From positions 1 through 47,259 of the forward strand of contig JACQSS010000045.1 of assembly GCA_016211195.1 (NCBI GenBank): a stretch of DNA of 47,259 bases. Reading direction: 5' to 3'. The notes below the pieces were generated by a model. The model saw only the letters and a list, made by a program, of their open reading frames with translations. It was not told where the DNA came from and made no database searches. The first letter of the stretch is position 1; each line of letters starts with the position of its first letter. Below, piece after piece: positions 9,201 through 19,900 of the stretch. The translations under genes were made by a program, and so were the position numbers. Source of the stretch: Candidatus Woesearchaeota archaeon. GTDB taxonomy: Archaea > Nanobdellota > Nanobdellia > Woesearchaeales > JAGVYF01.

Positions 9201-9208
9201 TTTATATA
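9201..9208. promoter_or_regulatory. Bidirectional TATA box (TTTATATA) for the 9178(-) and taw1 9231(+) genes
   Basis: The centre at 9204.5 lies 26.5 nt from both divergent ATGs (9178 and 9231). Confidence 0.6.
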
Positions 9209-9230
9209 TTTCCCGTTTTGCCCATGCGTT

Positions 9231-10175
9231 ATGATTTCGGCGGAGAAAAAGCTTGATTTTGAGCGGCAGGGATACCGTGTTGTGGGAAACCATAGCCTTG
9301 TCAAGGTGTGTGAATGGACCAAGAAAGCCATCAAGGGAGTTGACACATGCTACAAATGCCAGTTTTATGGCATCAATTCATGGCGATGCGTGCAGATGAG
9401 TCCTACGCACCAGTGCGACCACCGCTGCGTCTTTTGCTGGCGTGATACAAAGTATGCCCATCCCACATGGCAGGGTCCTGTTGATGACCCGGTCGACATC
9501 ATCGATGGCTGCATACGAGAACAAGTGAAGTACCTGCAGGGATTTGGCGGAAATCCATTTGTGGACAAGCAGCGGCTGGAGGAAATGAAGAAGCCTATCC
9601 ATTTTGCCATTTCGCTTACCGGCGAGCCAACCATGTACCCACGATTGCCCGAGCTCATTGCAGAATTACGGAGAAAGAAGATCTCCTCGTATCTTGTCAC
9701 GAATGGGACGATTCCGACAATGGTCAAACAGCTGGTAAACAACCAGCCAACACAGCTGTATGTCAGCCTGTACGGTCCGACCAACGAAATTTATCAGAAA
9801 TCGGCGATGCCTATTGCGCATGATTCATGGGAACGCCTGCAGGAGACACTGCAGCTCTTGCCACAGTTCTCGCGCACCGTCATCAGGATGACGCTAACCA
9901 AAGGATATACCATGGTCCATCCGGAACTCTACGCAGAGATGTTCAAGACAGTACGAGCAACATTCTACGAACTCAAGGGGTATATGTGGGTGGGCCATTC
10001 GCGTGAACGTCTGGAAATCAGCAATATGCCCAGCCACCAGGAGATACAGCAGTTTGCTCAGGAGATCATCCGGCATAACCCGGAACTGAAGATTCTCGAC
10101 GAGAAAGAGGCAAGCAGAGTAGTACTTTTGGCTCGGGGAGATTTTGACAGCCGTATTATGTCCTTCACAGTGTAA
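9231..10175 (+). CDS. taw1: tRNA 4-demethylwyosine synthase (radical SAM, Taw1/TYW1)
   Basis: The radical SAM motif is CDHRCVFC. An additional N-terminal Cys cluster is present (VCEW...CYKCQFYGI.SWRCVQMSP). The characteristic YRVVGNHS.VK start and the about 310-aa length fit Taw1. Confidence 0.85.
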   Translation: MISAEKKLDFERQGYRVVGNHSLVKVCEWTKKAIKGVDTCYKCQFYGINSWRCVQMSPTHQCDHRCVFCWRDTKYAHPTWQGPVDDPVDIIDGCIREQVKYLQGFGGNPFVDKQRLEEMKKPIHFAISLTGEPTMYPRLPELIAELRRKKISSYLVTNGTIPTMVKQLVNNQPTQLYVSLYGPTNEIYQKSAMPIAHDSWERLQETLQLLPQFSRTVIRMTLTKGYTMVHPELYAEMFKTVRATFYELKGYMWVGHSRERLEISNMPSHQEIQQFAQEIIRHNPELKILDEKEASRVVLLARGDFDSRIMSFTV

Positions 10176-10749
10176 GCAGCAAGCCATTGTGCCCAGGATT
10201 GACACAGAGCGTTTTTCCCAACACATCCCTTTTTTTGGCCGTCTCATGAAGATGACCAGAGATAGCCAATGTCGGTTTTGCCTTGACAATAAAATCCCTG
10301 TAGGACTTGCTCCCGGCATGGTGCCCATAGATGTAATCCAGTTTCGTCCCATACGGCGGCTGGTGAGTAATGAACACAGTTCGGTCATATTTCTTGCATT
10401 GACGGAGCAATAGATGCATCTTCTGCTCAAATACCCTGTCAACCAGTGCAAAGCCACCACCACCCCAGCCAATAAATAAAGTCCGATCGTGGACATAGCA
10501 CTGCCCGTGCACAAAGTGGAGGGGGCCTTTTATCAAGGACCGTATATCTTCTTCGTCCTCATGATTGCCATGGACGACAAGAACCGGTTTAGATAAGGTT
10601 GTTAAGAATGTCATAACTAACTCAAGATGGTGGCCAAAGACAGAAAGATCCCCCGCTGCGATAATAAGATCAGCACTTTTTGCCTTCTTTTGCAGTTCCT
10701 GCATGGATGATTGTTGGGCGTGCAGGTCAGCAAATGCAAGAATGTTCAT
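10165..10749 (-). CDS. Calcineurin-like metallophosphoesterase
   Basis: Motifs seen are ILAFADLH, AAGDL and VVHGNHED, with downstream GH motifs (ITHQPP, SGHLHE). It overlaps taw1 convergently by 11 nt. Confidence 0.8.
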   Translation of the reverse strand: MNILAFADLHAQQSSMQELQKKAKSADLIIAAGDLSVFGHHLELVMTFLTTLSKPVLVVHGNHEDEEDIRSLIKGPLHFVHGQCYVHDRTLFIGWGGGGFALVDRVFEQKMHLLLRQCKKYDRTVFITHQPPYGTKLDYIYGHHAGSKSYRDFIVKAKPTLAISGHLHETAKKRDVLGKTLCVNPGHNGLLLTL

Positions 10750-10771
10750 CCTTTAGTGAAGGGAGAGGACG

Positions 10772-10779
10772 TTTAAAAA
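10772..10779 (-). promoter_or_regulatory. TATA-like box (minus-strand TTTTTAAA) for the metallophosphoesterase gene
   Basis: The centre at 10775.5 lies 26.5 nt upstream of the ATG at 10749. Confidence 0.45.
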
Positions 10780-10800
10780 GGTATGGTGGGACGAGCATGG

Positions 10801-10847
10801 AAAAATAGCATCGCGTCGTGAACTGCCCCACAGTAAGTTATGGGGCA
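10801..10847 (-). terminator. Hairpin plus T5 tract downstream of gene 10882-11322
   Basis: A 7-bp stem (tgcccca at 10824-10830, tggggca at 10841-10847) encloses a 10-nt loop. On the minus-strand transcript it is followed by TTTTT at 10805-10801. Confidence 0.3.
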
Positions 10848-10881
10848 TTAAACTCAAGGGGAAATAGGGCTCGTCGTTCTG

Positions 10882-11322
10882 CTATTTGCACCGTATGGCC
10901 CCGAGGTCCGCTGGGGGGTTACCAAAATGCTGCGAGCCTTTTTGTGGGAAAATTCTGATGGGACTATCATGAGGGGCTCCTACCCGTAAAACCAATCCGT
11001 CCAATGCTTTTGGAACCACAAGGTTGCCCTTAACAAACCAACCGCCAGAAGAATGTGCCCCCAACTTTTCATCATACAATGTGAAGTTTCCCCAAGTGAG
11101 CGAGACGTTGTAGAGACCTTCGTACTCCTTCGGTGAACTGTGTGCATAGAAACCAAAGAATATCGCTAGCTGCTTTTCCAAGGAGAAATCCTGGTAGACT
11201 TTTATTTGCGGGTGGACCTTCAATCCCGTACGAAGTCTTTCCATAAAAAGAGAATCCTCTTCACTGAGCGCTTCAACATCAAGCAAATAATGGACATCGG
11301 GATAGGTGTATTTTGCTGGCAT
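10882..11322 (-). CDS. Hypothetical protein
   Basis: This is a 146-aa ORF with a GGAGG Shine-Dalgarno about 8 nt upstream of the ATG (cctcc at about 11331-11335). No motif was recognised. Confidence 0.55.
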   Translation of the reverse strand: MPAKYTYPDVHYLLDVEALSEEDSLFMERLRTGLKVHPQIKVYQDFSLEKQLAIFFGFYAHSSPKEYEGLYNVSLTWGNFTLYDEKLGAHSSGGWFVKGNLVVPKALDGLVLRVGAPHDSPIRIFPQKGSQHFGNPPADLGAIRCK

Positions 11323-11384
11323 TTTTGTCCCTCCTTTCTATATCTACACGTTTGGGGTAACCTCGCAAAAAATGGAATTGGAAG

Positions 11385-11392
11385 TATATAAA
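11385..11392 (-). promoter_or_regulatory. TATA box (minus-strand TTTATATA) upstream of gene 10882-11322
   Basis: It lies about 66 nt upstream of the ATG at 11322. That predicts a about 40-nt leader containing the GGAGG SD. Confidence 0.4.
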
Positions 11393-11467
11393 TAGATATC
11401 CTGCTATTGACTAAAAACAGCACGCAGCGATTTGTGGCGGATAAACTTATTGAGACCAACCATATAA

Positions 11468-11995
11468 TTATGTACATATCTTCAACGTCACTTCCAACAT
11501 CCCTGTTGTCGTCGGCAGAAGGTACGTCTGACTGTCGACTTCTGCAGTCGCGGGACAGCCACTTGCTGTTGTCACACCAACTGGTGGCTGTTTCATGGGA
11601 AAGTTAGGGAGAATGGTACCAGCCTGCTTTGCCATCAACTCATACCCCAGCTTCCATTTCCCGACGCTTTCCTTGAGGATATGGTTTTTGAGGACATCAG
11701 TGATATACTGGCATGACAGCTTCCCCTGACAGACCACGCTGCCTCCCTGAATCTGATTTTCAGCGCAGTCAATGAGAAGCTCTTCCAGCTTCGGCTTCTT
11801 AAAAGGGTCGCAGATAATGTCCGATGTTTTTAGCATTGCACTCAGGACATTATTGGCTATCTGCGCACGGTTGAGACGTTCCTTGAGTTTAGCGCTTTCT
11901 CCTGGTGTAGCAAAGCGCAGCAGGAAGAGAAAACCGAGAATGACAAGGACAATAATAATGGCGATGCCCAAAATCTCTGCCTGTCCTCTAGCCAT
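11468..11995 (-). CDS. Type IV pilin-like protein (class III signal peptide)
   Basis: The N-terminus is MARGQAEILGIAIIIVLVILGFLFLL: an R-G-Q motif followed by a about 20-residue hydrophobic helix. It is the last gene of the operon and overlaps the preceding gene by 8 nt. Confidence 0.65.
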   Translation of the reverse strand: MARGQAEILGIAIIIVLVILGFLFLLRFATPGESAKLKERLNRAQIANNVLSAMLKTSDIICDPFKKPKLEELLIDCAENQIQGGSVVCQGKLSCQYITDVLKNHILKESVGKWKLGYELMAKQAGTILPNFPMKQPPVGVTTASGCPATAEVDSQTYLLPTTTGMLEVTLKICT

Positions 11996-12467
11996 AGACG
12001 GTCACCTTCAACACACCAAAGACATATCTATCTTCTTCAGGGACGTAGACCGCAATGGGGGCTTGTGTCATTTCCTTGCTCACGGTCCCGGGCTTTATAT
12101 TCTCATAGAGTTTAACTTTCGTTTGTGGTGGGGGATAGACAAGCTCAATTTCTACAGTACTGTACCCAAGAATGCTGTAATAAAAATTCTTGTCATTCTT
12201 CATGACATCACTGGCTGCTTCAATCTTGGCCTTATCATAGCAATTCTCACGCTGGATGCCATCTTCAGAGCATTGAACTTCGGGCAGGTAAGCGATGCGT
12301 TGGGCAGTTTCTATGGCTGATTTGATACGCTGCTCCCGCACCTCTTCGCTGACCGTTCCCCGTTTGTATTGGACATAAAAAATAATGCCGAGGACAAGCA
12401 GGACTGTGAAAACAAGAAGAACTGCAATGTTTTCCCCCATTTTTATCTGCGCTTTTCTCATTGTCAA
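11988..12467 (-). CDS. Type IV pilin-like protein (class III signal peptide)
   Basis: The N-terminus is MTMRKAQIKMGENIAVLLVFTVLLVLGIIFY. It overlaps the upstream gene by 4 nt (12464-12467). Confidence 0.6.
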   Translation of the reverse strand: MTMRKAQIKMGENIAVLLVFTVLLVLGIIFYVQYKRGTVSEEVREQRIKSAIETAQRIAYLPEVQCSEDGIQRENCYDKAKIEAASDVMKNDKNFYYSILGYSTVEIELVYPPPQTKVKLYENIKPGTVSKEMTQAPIAVYVPEEDRYVFGVLKVTVYG

Positions 12468-13435
12468 TAAATCAGTGGGCAGGATTGCTGCTGGAGTTGC
12501 TGGTTGATTTTCCTCAAGGATTGCACACCTGTTACCTCTCCCCTCATCAATGCACCAAAGTCAGCATTATAGCTACATGTCGGTTTGTCCCGGACATTGC
12601 TTCTCAGGTAGTTCTGCTTTTTCATGTAAATCTGTGCAAGATTCCTGAGCCGTGCTGTTGCCTTGTTCACATTGCATTTATAGGTCTCCAATGAATCACT
12701 GAATATTGCTCCGAAGAGGAGCGCATTGCCTGTCGCAGGAAATGCTTCCTGAGAACCAGCAAAATTTTTCGTCAGAAAGGTGATAGTTGCATCATCTGAC
12801 TTTCCCTCCACGCGGAGGCCACTTATTTTCTTGTTGGCAAATGCTTGAGAGAGTGTTTCAGCTGGGGTATTCGCAAAAATAAATCGTGTCTGGTCGTGGC
12901 CAGTGGGCTTGAATGTACCTAATGAGCCGGGTGGCACCAAAATGCGAGTAATATTTTTGGGAATGCTCTCTTCCAGATATTTATAGAGGGGATCCTGAGC
13001 AAGTGCAACAAAAACATAAAGCACACTGGGGCTTGTGATAGAAATCATATTCGTGACATAGAAGGGGGCATTCCAGTCAAATGACCAGAGCCTCAGGCGC
13101 GTCGTGGTCACTGTTGAAGGGGCAAAAACAATCTTGTTCCGGTAGCTCTTTGCCTGCCCATCAACACTGAAATCTTCACAAGTGAAGTCAAGCTGCACTT
13201 TAGGCAAATCATCTATCGGAAGGAATGTTTTGGGGCTGACCTCAGTACTTGTCAAGAGCAGGTGCAATGTATTTGCGATGTCAATAGAAGCTTCGGCCTT
13301 CGATATCTTAAAGCCTTTAAACGCAAACATAATGAAAATCAGCAAAATGACTGAACCGGCAATAAGAGCAAAGACTAAGTGAAACGGGAGTTCTATCTGA
13401 CCTTTCTTTTTATGTTGTCTCAATACTGGTACCAT
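12464..13435 (-). CDS. Type IV pilin-like protein (class III signal peptide, KGQ-type)
   Basis: The internal ATG at 13435 gives MVPVLRQHKKKGQIELPFHLVFALIAGSVILLIFIMF. KGQIE resembles the EppA-type (DUF361) pilin signal. The longer track ORF to 13504 would overlap the upstream gene by 95 nt. Confidence 0.65.
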   Translation of the reverse strand: MVPVLRQHKKKGQIELPFHLVFALIAGSVILLIFIMFAFKGFKISKAEASIDIANTLHLLLTSTEVSPKTFLPIDDLPKVQLDFTCEDFSVDGQAKSYRNKIVFAPSTVTTTRLRLWSFDWNAPFYVTNMISITSPSVLYVFVALAQDPLYKYLEESIPKNITRILVPPGSLGTFKPTGHDQTRFIFANTPAETLSQAFANKKISGLRVEGKSDDATITFLTKNFAGSQEAFPATGNALLFGAIFSDSLETYKCNVNKATARLRNLAQIYMKKQNYLRSNVRDKPTCSYNADFGALMRGEVTGVQSLRKINQQLQQQSCPLIY

Positions 13436-13910
13436 CGCCTTGTCCGGTGAGGCGCAACACAATTCTGCCCCCTTTTGAGGGGATGCAGCTTGTGCCACCC
13501 TCAAGCTTCACTTTTTTGATCTTCAGGTTTTGCAGTGATGGGAGCAAGAAAACATTGTCTGTTTTTGCGGTGAGTGCATCACAGACAACAGGGCTCGTCT
13601 TTTGATCATAATTTTTTCCGTTGGGCTTGCAGAGTTCGGCGGTATCCTGTCCGGGCGCACGCTGCTCATCGGCGAAGCACACTTTGTCGACACCTTTAGG
13701 GACATCAAATTCTTCTATGCGGACAGACTCATATTGTGACGCGAGTGTTTCTATCTTTGCCTGCAGGCTTTTCTCAAAGCGTACAAGGGCAATTTCCTCT
13801 GCACGATTTTGCAGGCTCGCTATTGCCCGGTATCCATAGAAAAGAATCAGCGCAGTGATAAAGAGCGCAAGGATGTACAGCAAAATTTGGTCCATCATGC
13901 CTTTTTTCAT
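13410..13910 (-). CDS. Pilin-like small secreted/membrane protein
   Basis: The N-terminus is MKKGMMDQILLYILALFITALILFYGY. The ATG lies 2 nt after the stop of the 3037-aa gene, with GAGGT about 5 nt upstream, which indicates translational coupling. Confidence 0.6.
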   Translation of the reverse strand: MKKGMMDQILLYILALFITALILFYGYRAIASLQNRAEEIALVRFEKSLQAKIETLASQYESVRIEEFDVPKGVDKVCFADEQRAPGQDTAELCKPNGKNYDQKTSPVVCDALTAKTDNVFLLPSLQNLKIKKVKLEGGTSCIPSKGGRIVLRLTGQGDGTSIETT

Positions 13911-13912
13911 CG

Positions 13913-16900
13913 TTACCTCAGGTGGAGATGGAACAAGATGTCTGCTATGTCTTCTGCAAGCAGGACGTTTTTCTTCTCCAGCTCCACGAGAATAGTGGAT
14001 GCATCCTCTGTCGTCATTTTCTTGTGGTGGAGCAGATATGCAAGCAGCACTTGCGTGACATGGTAATCAATGCGCTCATTCTTGGGTAATGCGCTGATGA
14101 AATCAATGATGTCCTGTCGCGTGATGGTCTTCTTCTCCTGTAGTTTCTTTATTTCTTCATGGACAGTCTTCCGGATTTCTTCTTTTTCTGTTGCAGACAA
14201 CATCTGTTTGGCGAGATTCTTCTCTGGCTCGACCTTTGGATGGGTTACATTGCGCAATTCCTCGTAGCTTACTGGCTTTGGTTTTTCCCTGTCAACACCA
14301 GACTCTTTCGCCAGTTCATCAAAGATTTTCTCCTTAGGGATGTCTTCCTTGGGCACAGCGATGAGTTTGTGGAACTGCTGCCGCTCGTCCTGCTTGATAA
14401 TCTCGTCAAGGCGTGCAAAGACATCTTCCCTGCCTAACTTCGTGAGCCGGGTGAAGACATCAGTCATAAGCGGCGTCCTTTCAACATATTTCTTCTCCAG
14501 CACCAAGGGAGTCACTTTTTCCTTGACTTCGGCAGTCGGACGTTCTGCCGGCTTTTCAAAGCCAGCAAACAATTTCTTCCGTTCTTCTTCCCGCTGCGCA
14601 AGGCGTTGCCGGATCTCCTCACGCCGCTTCTCCTCGAGGTACTGCTTTTGCTCATCCAGCCGACGCTGGGCTTCGAGTGCCTGCAGATTCTCTGTTGCCA
14701 ATGTTTCGGACGCCCGCTCCACTTTTGGCGGCTCGTAATAATATTTCTTGTACACCAGATAGCCAACGCCGGCTGCAATCAGAAGCAACCCGAAGAAGAG
14801 CAGGACCAACGGCAGCACTTTTGTTGGTTTCTTTGCTTCACAGCCAGTCTCATCAACCAGGATTCCTGCCTCAGTCGCCGGACATTTGTCTGTACTATCA
14901 GGAACGCCATCACCATCTGTGTCCGCCTCTGGCTTGGGACAACCAAAGTTATCCTTGGGCCCGGACTGATCTGGGCACTTGTCCTCCAGATCAGGCACCC
15001 CATCCACATCACGGTCTGCAGCACGCTGGGCGTCGCTGCATCCTTTCGCATCCACAGTCTCACCGGTCAGCGTGTCTGCACAGATATCTGTACTGTCTGG
15101 CACCCCGTCCTGATCAGTGTCCTTGACTTTCTGCACATCAGAACAGCCAATGAACGCCCCATCAACGTCAACAACGTCGCCAGCGGCAGTATTAGCACAT
15201 TTATCAGCCCAATCGGGGATGCTGTCAAGGTCAGCATCAAGGAATGCCAGCTGTTTTGTGACCGGTGCTGTGACGCAGTTCCCCAGTGTATCACAAGCAA
15301 TAACACAAATTGTCTTTGATGCTGAGACTTCAAGAGGGCCAGTGTAAGCAAGAGTAGGCGTACAAGAGGTGTCGCTGGATAAGCCATATTTGATGGTTGA
15401 GGGATCACAACCAGTGTCATCCTTGCAGATGACGCCCACAGATATGCCACGAGGAGTTTGTTTGACATCAATGGATATCTCGGGTGGCTTTGATTCAAGA
15501 CATTGTTGCGATCTGTTCCCATAGACAACAATCGGCTCAGAAATGAGTACCTGGCTCGTCCGATTTAACTTGTTGCGGGCTGCGACCGCAAAGACATAAG
15601 ACTCGCCAACGCTGAAGTTGAGCCGGCTCAGGAAGACTTGTGACGACACACTATTAGTATCTGGAATAATGAACTGTGACCGGTCAACGGTTGCTATGGT
15701 ATAGATGTAACTGTCAATGTCACTCTCATTATCGGCGCCGTTGAATGTCGCAGTCATACTGTACAGCCCAGTCCGTTTATCCGGGCAGCTGGCATTGGAG
15801 ACGGTCAACGCATTAAGGACTGGCGGGGACAGGTCCAGGATGAACGAGTGGGATGCTGTCTTTTCTTGCAGGCGTGCGCCAAAAATATCGGAGAATGATT
15901 TGCATGTTGCGCTCCCGGAATATCGGCCTTCAGGCAGGACGCCCAAATCAAGCGTGTGGTCTTTTTGGTTGCCTTGCATGGGCTGGGTGCCATTGAACGC
16001 ATAGGTGCATTCCGCATCTTTATTTGTTTTTACCTTGACAATGACACGCGCATCACCAATAACAGCCTGTGGCTCTTCAAATGCGACGGTCAACTCTTGA
16101 TCAACCAGCGTAAAGGATATCTGCCGATTCCCTGCCCGATTGCTTGCTGGATCTTCGCAATTCACATTATAGGTGTGCACCCCTGCCTCGACTGTCGGCA
16201 GCGTAATCATCTGCTCATGCGCCAGCTTGTATGTGTTCCGCTTTAATGCATCTTCTGTTGCAAAAAAGGCCATCTGGTCATAATTCGTCGAGGTCTTGCT
16301 GTATTTGCAGACAGTCACTTCATCTGTCTCGACTTTCAATTTTGTCTGTAGAGGCTGCTGGATAATCATCGCTGGATCCGCCACTGCTTTGGTGATCTGC
16401 GGAGCACGGCCATCGACAGTCAACGCAAAAGTAGCAGTCATGTCTTTCAGACCATCATTGCATTTCACATAAAATGGAGTCGCCTGCGTCGCAGAGAACT
16501 GGCTGAATCCCGGGATGCGATGCACAAGTTTCTGTTGGTCAAGACCGGTTTCAGTAAAACGCGTGTAGGCACCAGTTGCAGAGAACGCATAAGAGCACGT
16601 CGCATACCGTGTGGTCGCTACTTCAATGTCTGTCGGGATAGCTGTTGCTGCTCCATGCCGCGGCTTTACAAGGATAATTTCAGTGTCATTTGCCTGTAGC
16701 TGGAACGACAATTCACTGAATGACCGTTGCGCATTGCCGAGAACGTCTTCAGCCTTGATCTGGAACGTGTACTGCCTGTTCACCAGTGGCTGCTGCACCA
16801 TGAAGCGGAATGTCTGATTATCTGTGGTGCTTGATGCAAAGGTCACTGCTGCATTTTCCTTGAGACTAACGGCCAGTATCCGCACCGGCTCATTATAGCT

Positions 16901-19900
16901 GACAGTGAAGACAGGTAGCGGCGTCTTTACCTTGCCATTCTCAAGATCGCTGACCGTGATAACTGGGGGTGATGGTGGCTGCTTATCTGACACGAGTTTT
17001 GCGATAAAGATAATACTGTCGCCGGTTTCCTGATCCTGACCTGTAAAAGTGACAAAATTAGGGACAGTCTCACCATCAATGGACACCAGCCTGATGGGTA
17101 ACGAGAACCTGTTATTAACGAGAGGAACCGGCTGAAGCGTCTCCTTGAAATATTGCAGGCTCAGCACTTTGTTGGCAGTTCCTTCTAACGTCACGCGGTC
17201 ATCATTATCACGGACATGATAGAAGATGTCTTCTCCTACGGTGAATGAGATGACTCTGTCTGCAAGAACCCGCGTTACTTCTATGCCGGGGACGATGTTA
17301 TCTATTTCAATTTCACCAGAGAGCTGCTGGAGATTGTCAACAAGATCACGGAGCGTTACTTGAATTGGGATTTTGACGCCATGCGGAACGTCTGCGGGAA
17401 TAGCGAAATCATACGCGTACAAGTCTTGTGCGGTCCTGCTCATGCCAACGGTTTGTGCTGGGGTCACAAATGTTTCGTTGATGCGATATGCACCTAAAAG
17501 CAATGATGCATTTACATCACCTCGTTCATTTGCCACTCGGGCAATAATACGTATTGTCCGACCCGAACGCGCACGGCGTGGGAAATCAAGGGAAAAAGAT
17601 GGAGATGCTTTATCCACGACAAAGGTAAAGTTCCACTTACCGGGCGCTGCTTGTCCCAGCAGGAATGCCTCGGCCTGCAGACTATATTCTCCATCTGCCA
17701 GAGCCCGCAGTTGGCCACTGAATCCTCGTGGACCGCCAGCAATCGTTGTCTGGTCAATGACATTCTCTGCCAAGGGAAGCTTGATGATGACGTCCTGCGA
17801 AAAGTTGAGATGGACTGCTGCAGGGGTATCTTTCACATACCATTTGTTGTTGACCTTTTTGCCTGAAGGGATAGAGAAGACTGGCGGGTCTGGCGTATTG
17901 GCAACAAAGTAGAACGTGTAGTTATAGTCGAGTTGGTTGCCTGCGGAATCATTTGCCCTGACCATGACATCATAGCGGGGCTGATTGAACGTGTCCCTGT
18001 GGGAAAGGCTCTGCACAACATAGTCCTGATTTTCCGTATCGGAGATCGCCTGTGGCGCCTCAATGAGCCGAACACCGTTGACATAGACCCTGAAGGACTC
18101 TATGCCTGACCCGGCTTTCAATTCCCGAATCTTGACGGTCAAAACTTGACTGGGGTTTCCAATCGTTCCTTCAATCGGGACATAGTCAATGAGTTCTGGC
18201 GGAGTGTAGTCGTAAAAGATGCTATGGACTGGGGTGAATGGTGTCGGATTGAACGGTGTCTGATAGGCATTCAGGCGCAGATAGTTATACGTGTTACTGA
18301 GATTGATGGACCCAGTGAATCGATCAGGTCTTCTTGGTTGGTCAAAGACTGAGATAATCTTGTTGCTGAACACTGGTGCCTCAAGTGCTGGAGAGACATC
18401 AATAAGCGTCGTACCACCGGAACGTTGCACATTTGTTATCCTGTAGAAGTCTTTGTAGGGGGGATAGCTCCGGAAATGACCTCCCGAGGTATCATTGACG
18501 TACAGGAACTCGACAAAGTGGTCCGTGGAAATGGGCAGTTCCTGTCGCAGCTTGACAGAAGTAGCACCCTGCAGCGTGTCAATGTCGATAGTGGGCTGCA
18601 CCAGCACGTGCGTTTCTGGTTCACGATACACGTGGACGAGGCGCTGCTGGTCCGGGAACAAGCCAAGATAATAATTGACGTACATTTCCTGCAGTTTCGT
18701 ATAGCCTGGCATGATGGGCTGCGCACCATTAGTGTAGTAGATGCCACCCTTCAGGTTCATATACGTTGCTATGGGCGGATCAAAGGTAGGAGGGTCCGCA
18801 ATGCGGGTATCAATGCGGAAGTCGCGTCCCTGCGTGATCGCTACACCAGGCACTCTGTTCTGGTCAAATGCACGGATGCCAAACTGGGCGGGAGCATTGA
18901 CATTCCTGATATTGAACAATGCAAGCTGCGCATGCCATTCTGTCTTCTCGATGTTGACAGGATATGGTGGCGTGACATTGAGGAGGCTTACTGTCCCATT
19001 GGGATACGTAAAGAAGAGCTCAGTGATGTTCATCAGGGGTTCTGATGCTGTAATGTTGATGATGTAATTCGGCGGGAAGAGGCGGGTGACAGTCGTAACG
19101 ACATGGGGTGTAGGCAGGATGTCAAGTATCGAGAAGATGAATGACGGCGGGGTTCCATCAATGGATGGGATGACAGTTTGGGCTGGCTCTTTATTCCCCC
19201 CCTTGTCAATGGAATAGAAGGTCAAGGGTGTTGTCGTGTTGAGGATGATAGAACTGCGGTATTCAGTTGTCGCGTTGCAGCCAAGGCCTAGGCAAAAGTA
19301 TGTTTTGGCGCAACCGAATTCCCAATGGAAATTATTTTCCACAAGCTCCGGATCCCTGCATGACAGCTGGAAGCTTGTTTGTCCACGGAGGAATTCCCCG
19401 TTATAGTTAACGGTTGTCCGGGGAGGGACCATGTCCACGGCAAAGCGTATGCTACTGGCATTACCACGGATCTTGTTCATGCGGGGGAAAAAGCATCGCA
19501 CAAAATACACTTTGCTTGTCTGGAGGCCGGGAACAAAGACGCGGCTCGTGTGCTTTATTTTCTCGCCATCGGCAAAGGACACAAATGTAAAGTTCATCCG
19601 CGAAAAGTCATTGGTGCTGTCTGAATATTTGCATGTTGCTGGCTCTGGTGTCCGGACAGACAGCTCAATGTTTTGGTTGAATGCAAGGGTCATATTAGGT
19701 AATGGGTCTGTGACACTCTGATCGCCCCGCACAGTGATGCGCTGCTGACCTGTCTGCAAGTTTCCTGCACGGTCAATGCATTCGAAGGCAAAGACATAGT
19801 CATCGTCCGGCAGTCCTGCATATTGGACAGTATGCTGGGTAATGGGAAGATTTCGCAACCCCGTATTAAGCACTGGCTGCAAAATGGTATTTTCACGCGT

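Noticed and set aside
9179-9346. The track shows an N-terminal extension of ORF 8708-9346 (56 extra residues).
   Set aside because: The extension would overlap taw1 by 116 nt and run through the shared TATA box. The internal ATG at 9178 is at the canonical 26-nt leaderless distance.
10790-10875. This could be a tRNA, given a 7-bp closing stem and a tRNA-like length.
   Set aside because: There is no GTTCRANNC T-loop, no D-arm GG, and no 7-nt anticodon loop in a cloverleaf on either strand. I kept it only as a low-interest structured element.
11407-11607. A 66-aa plus-strand ORF starts near the TATA box at 11385-11392.
   Set aside because: It starts with TTG and overlaps the 3' end of the pilin-like gene antisense. 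The product is low in complexity, and the TATA box is better explained as the promoter of gene 10882-11322.
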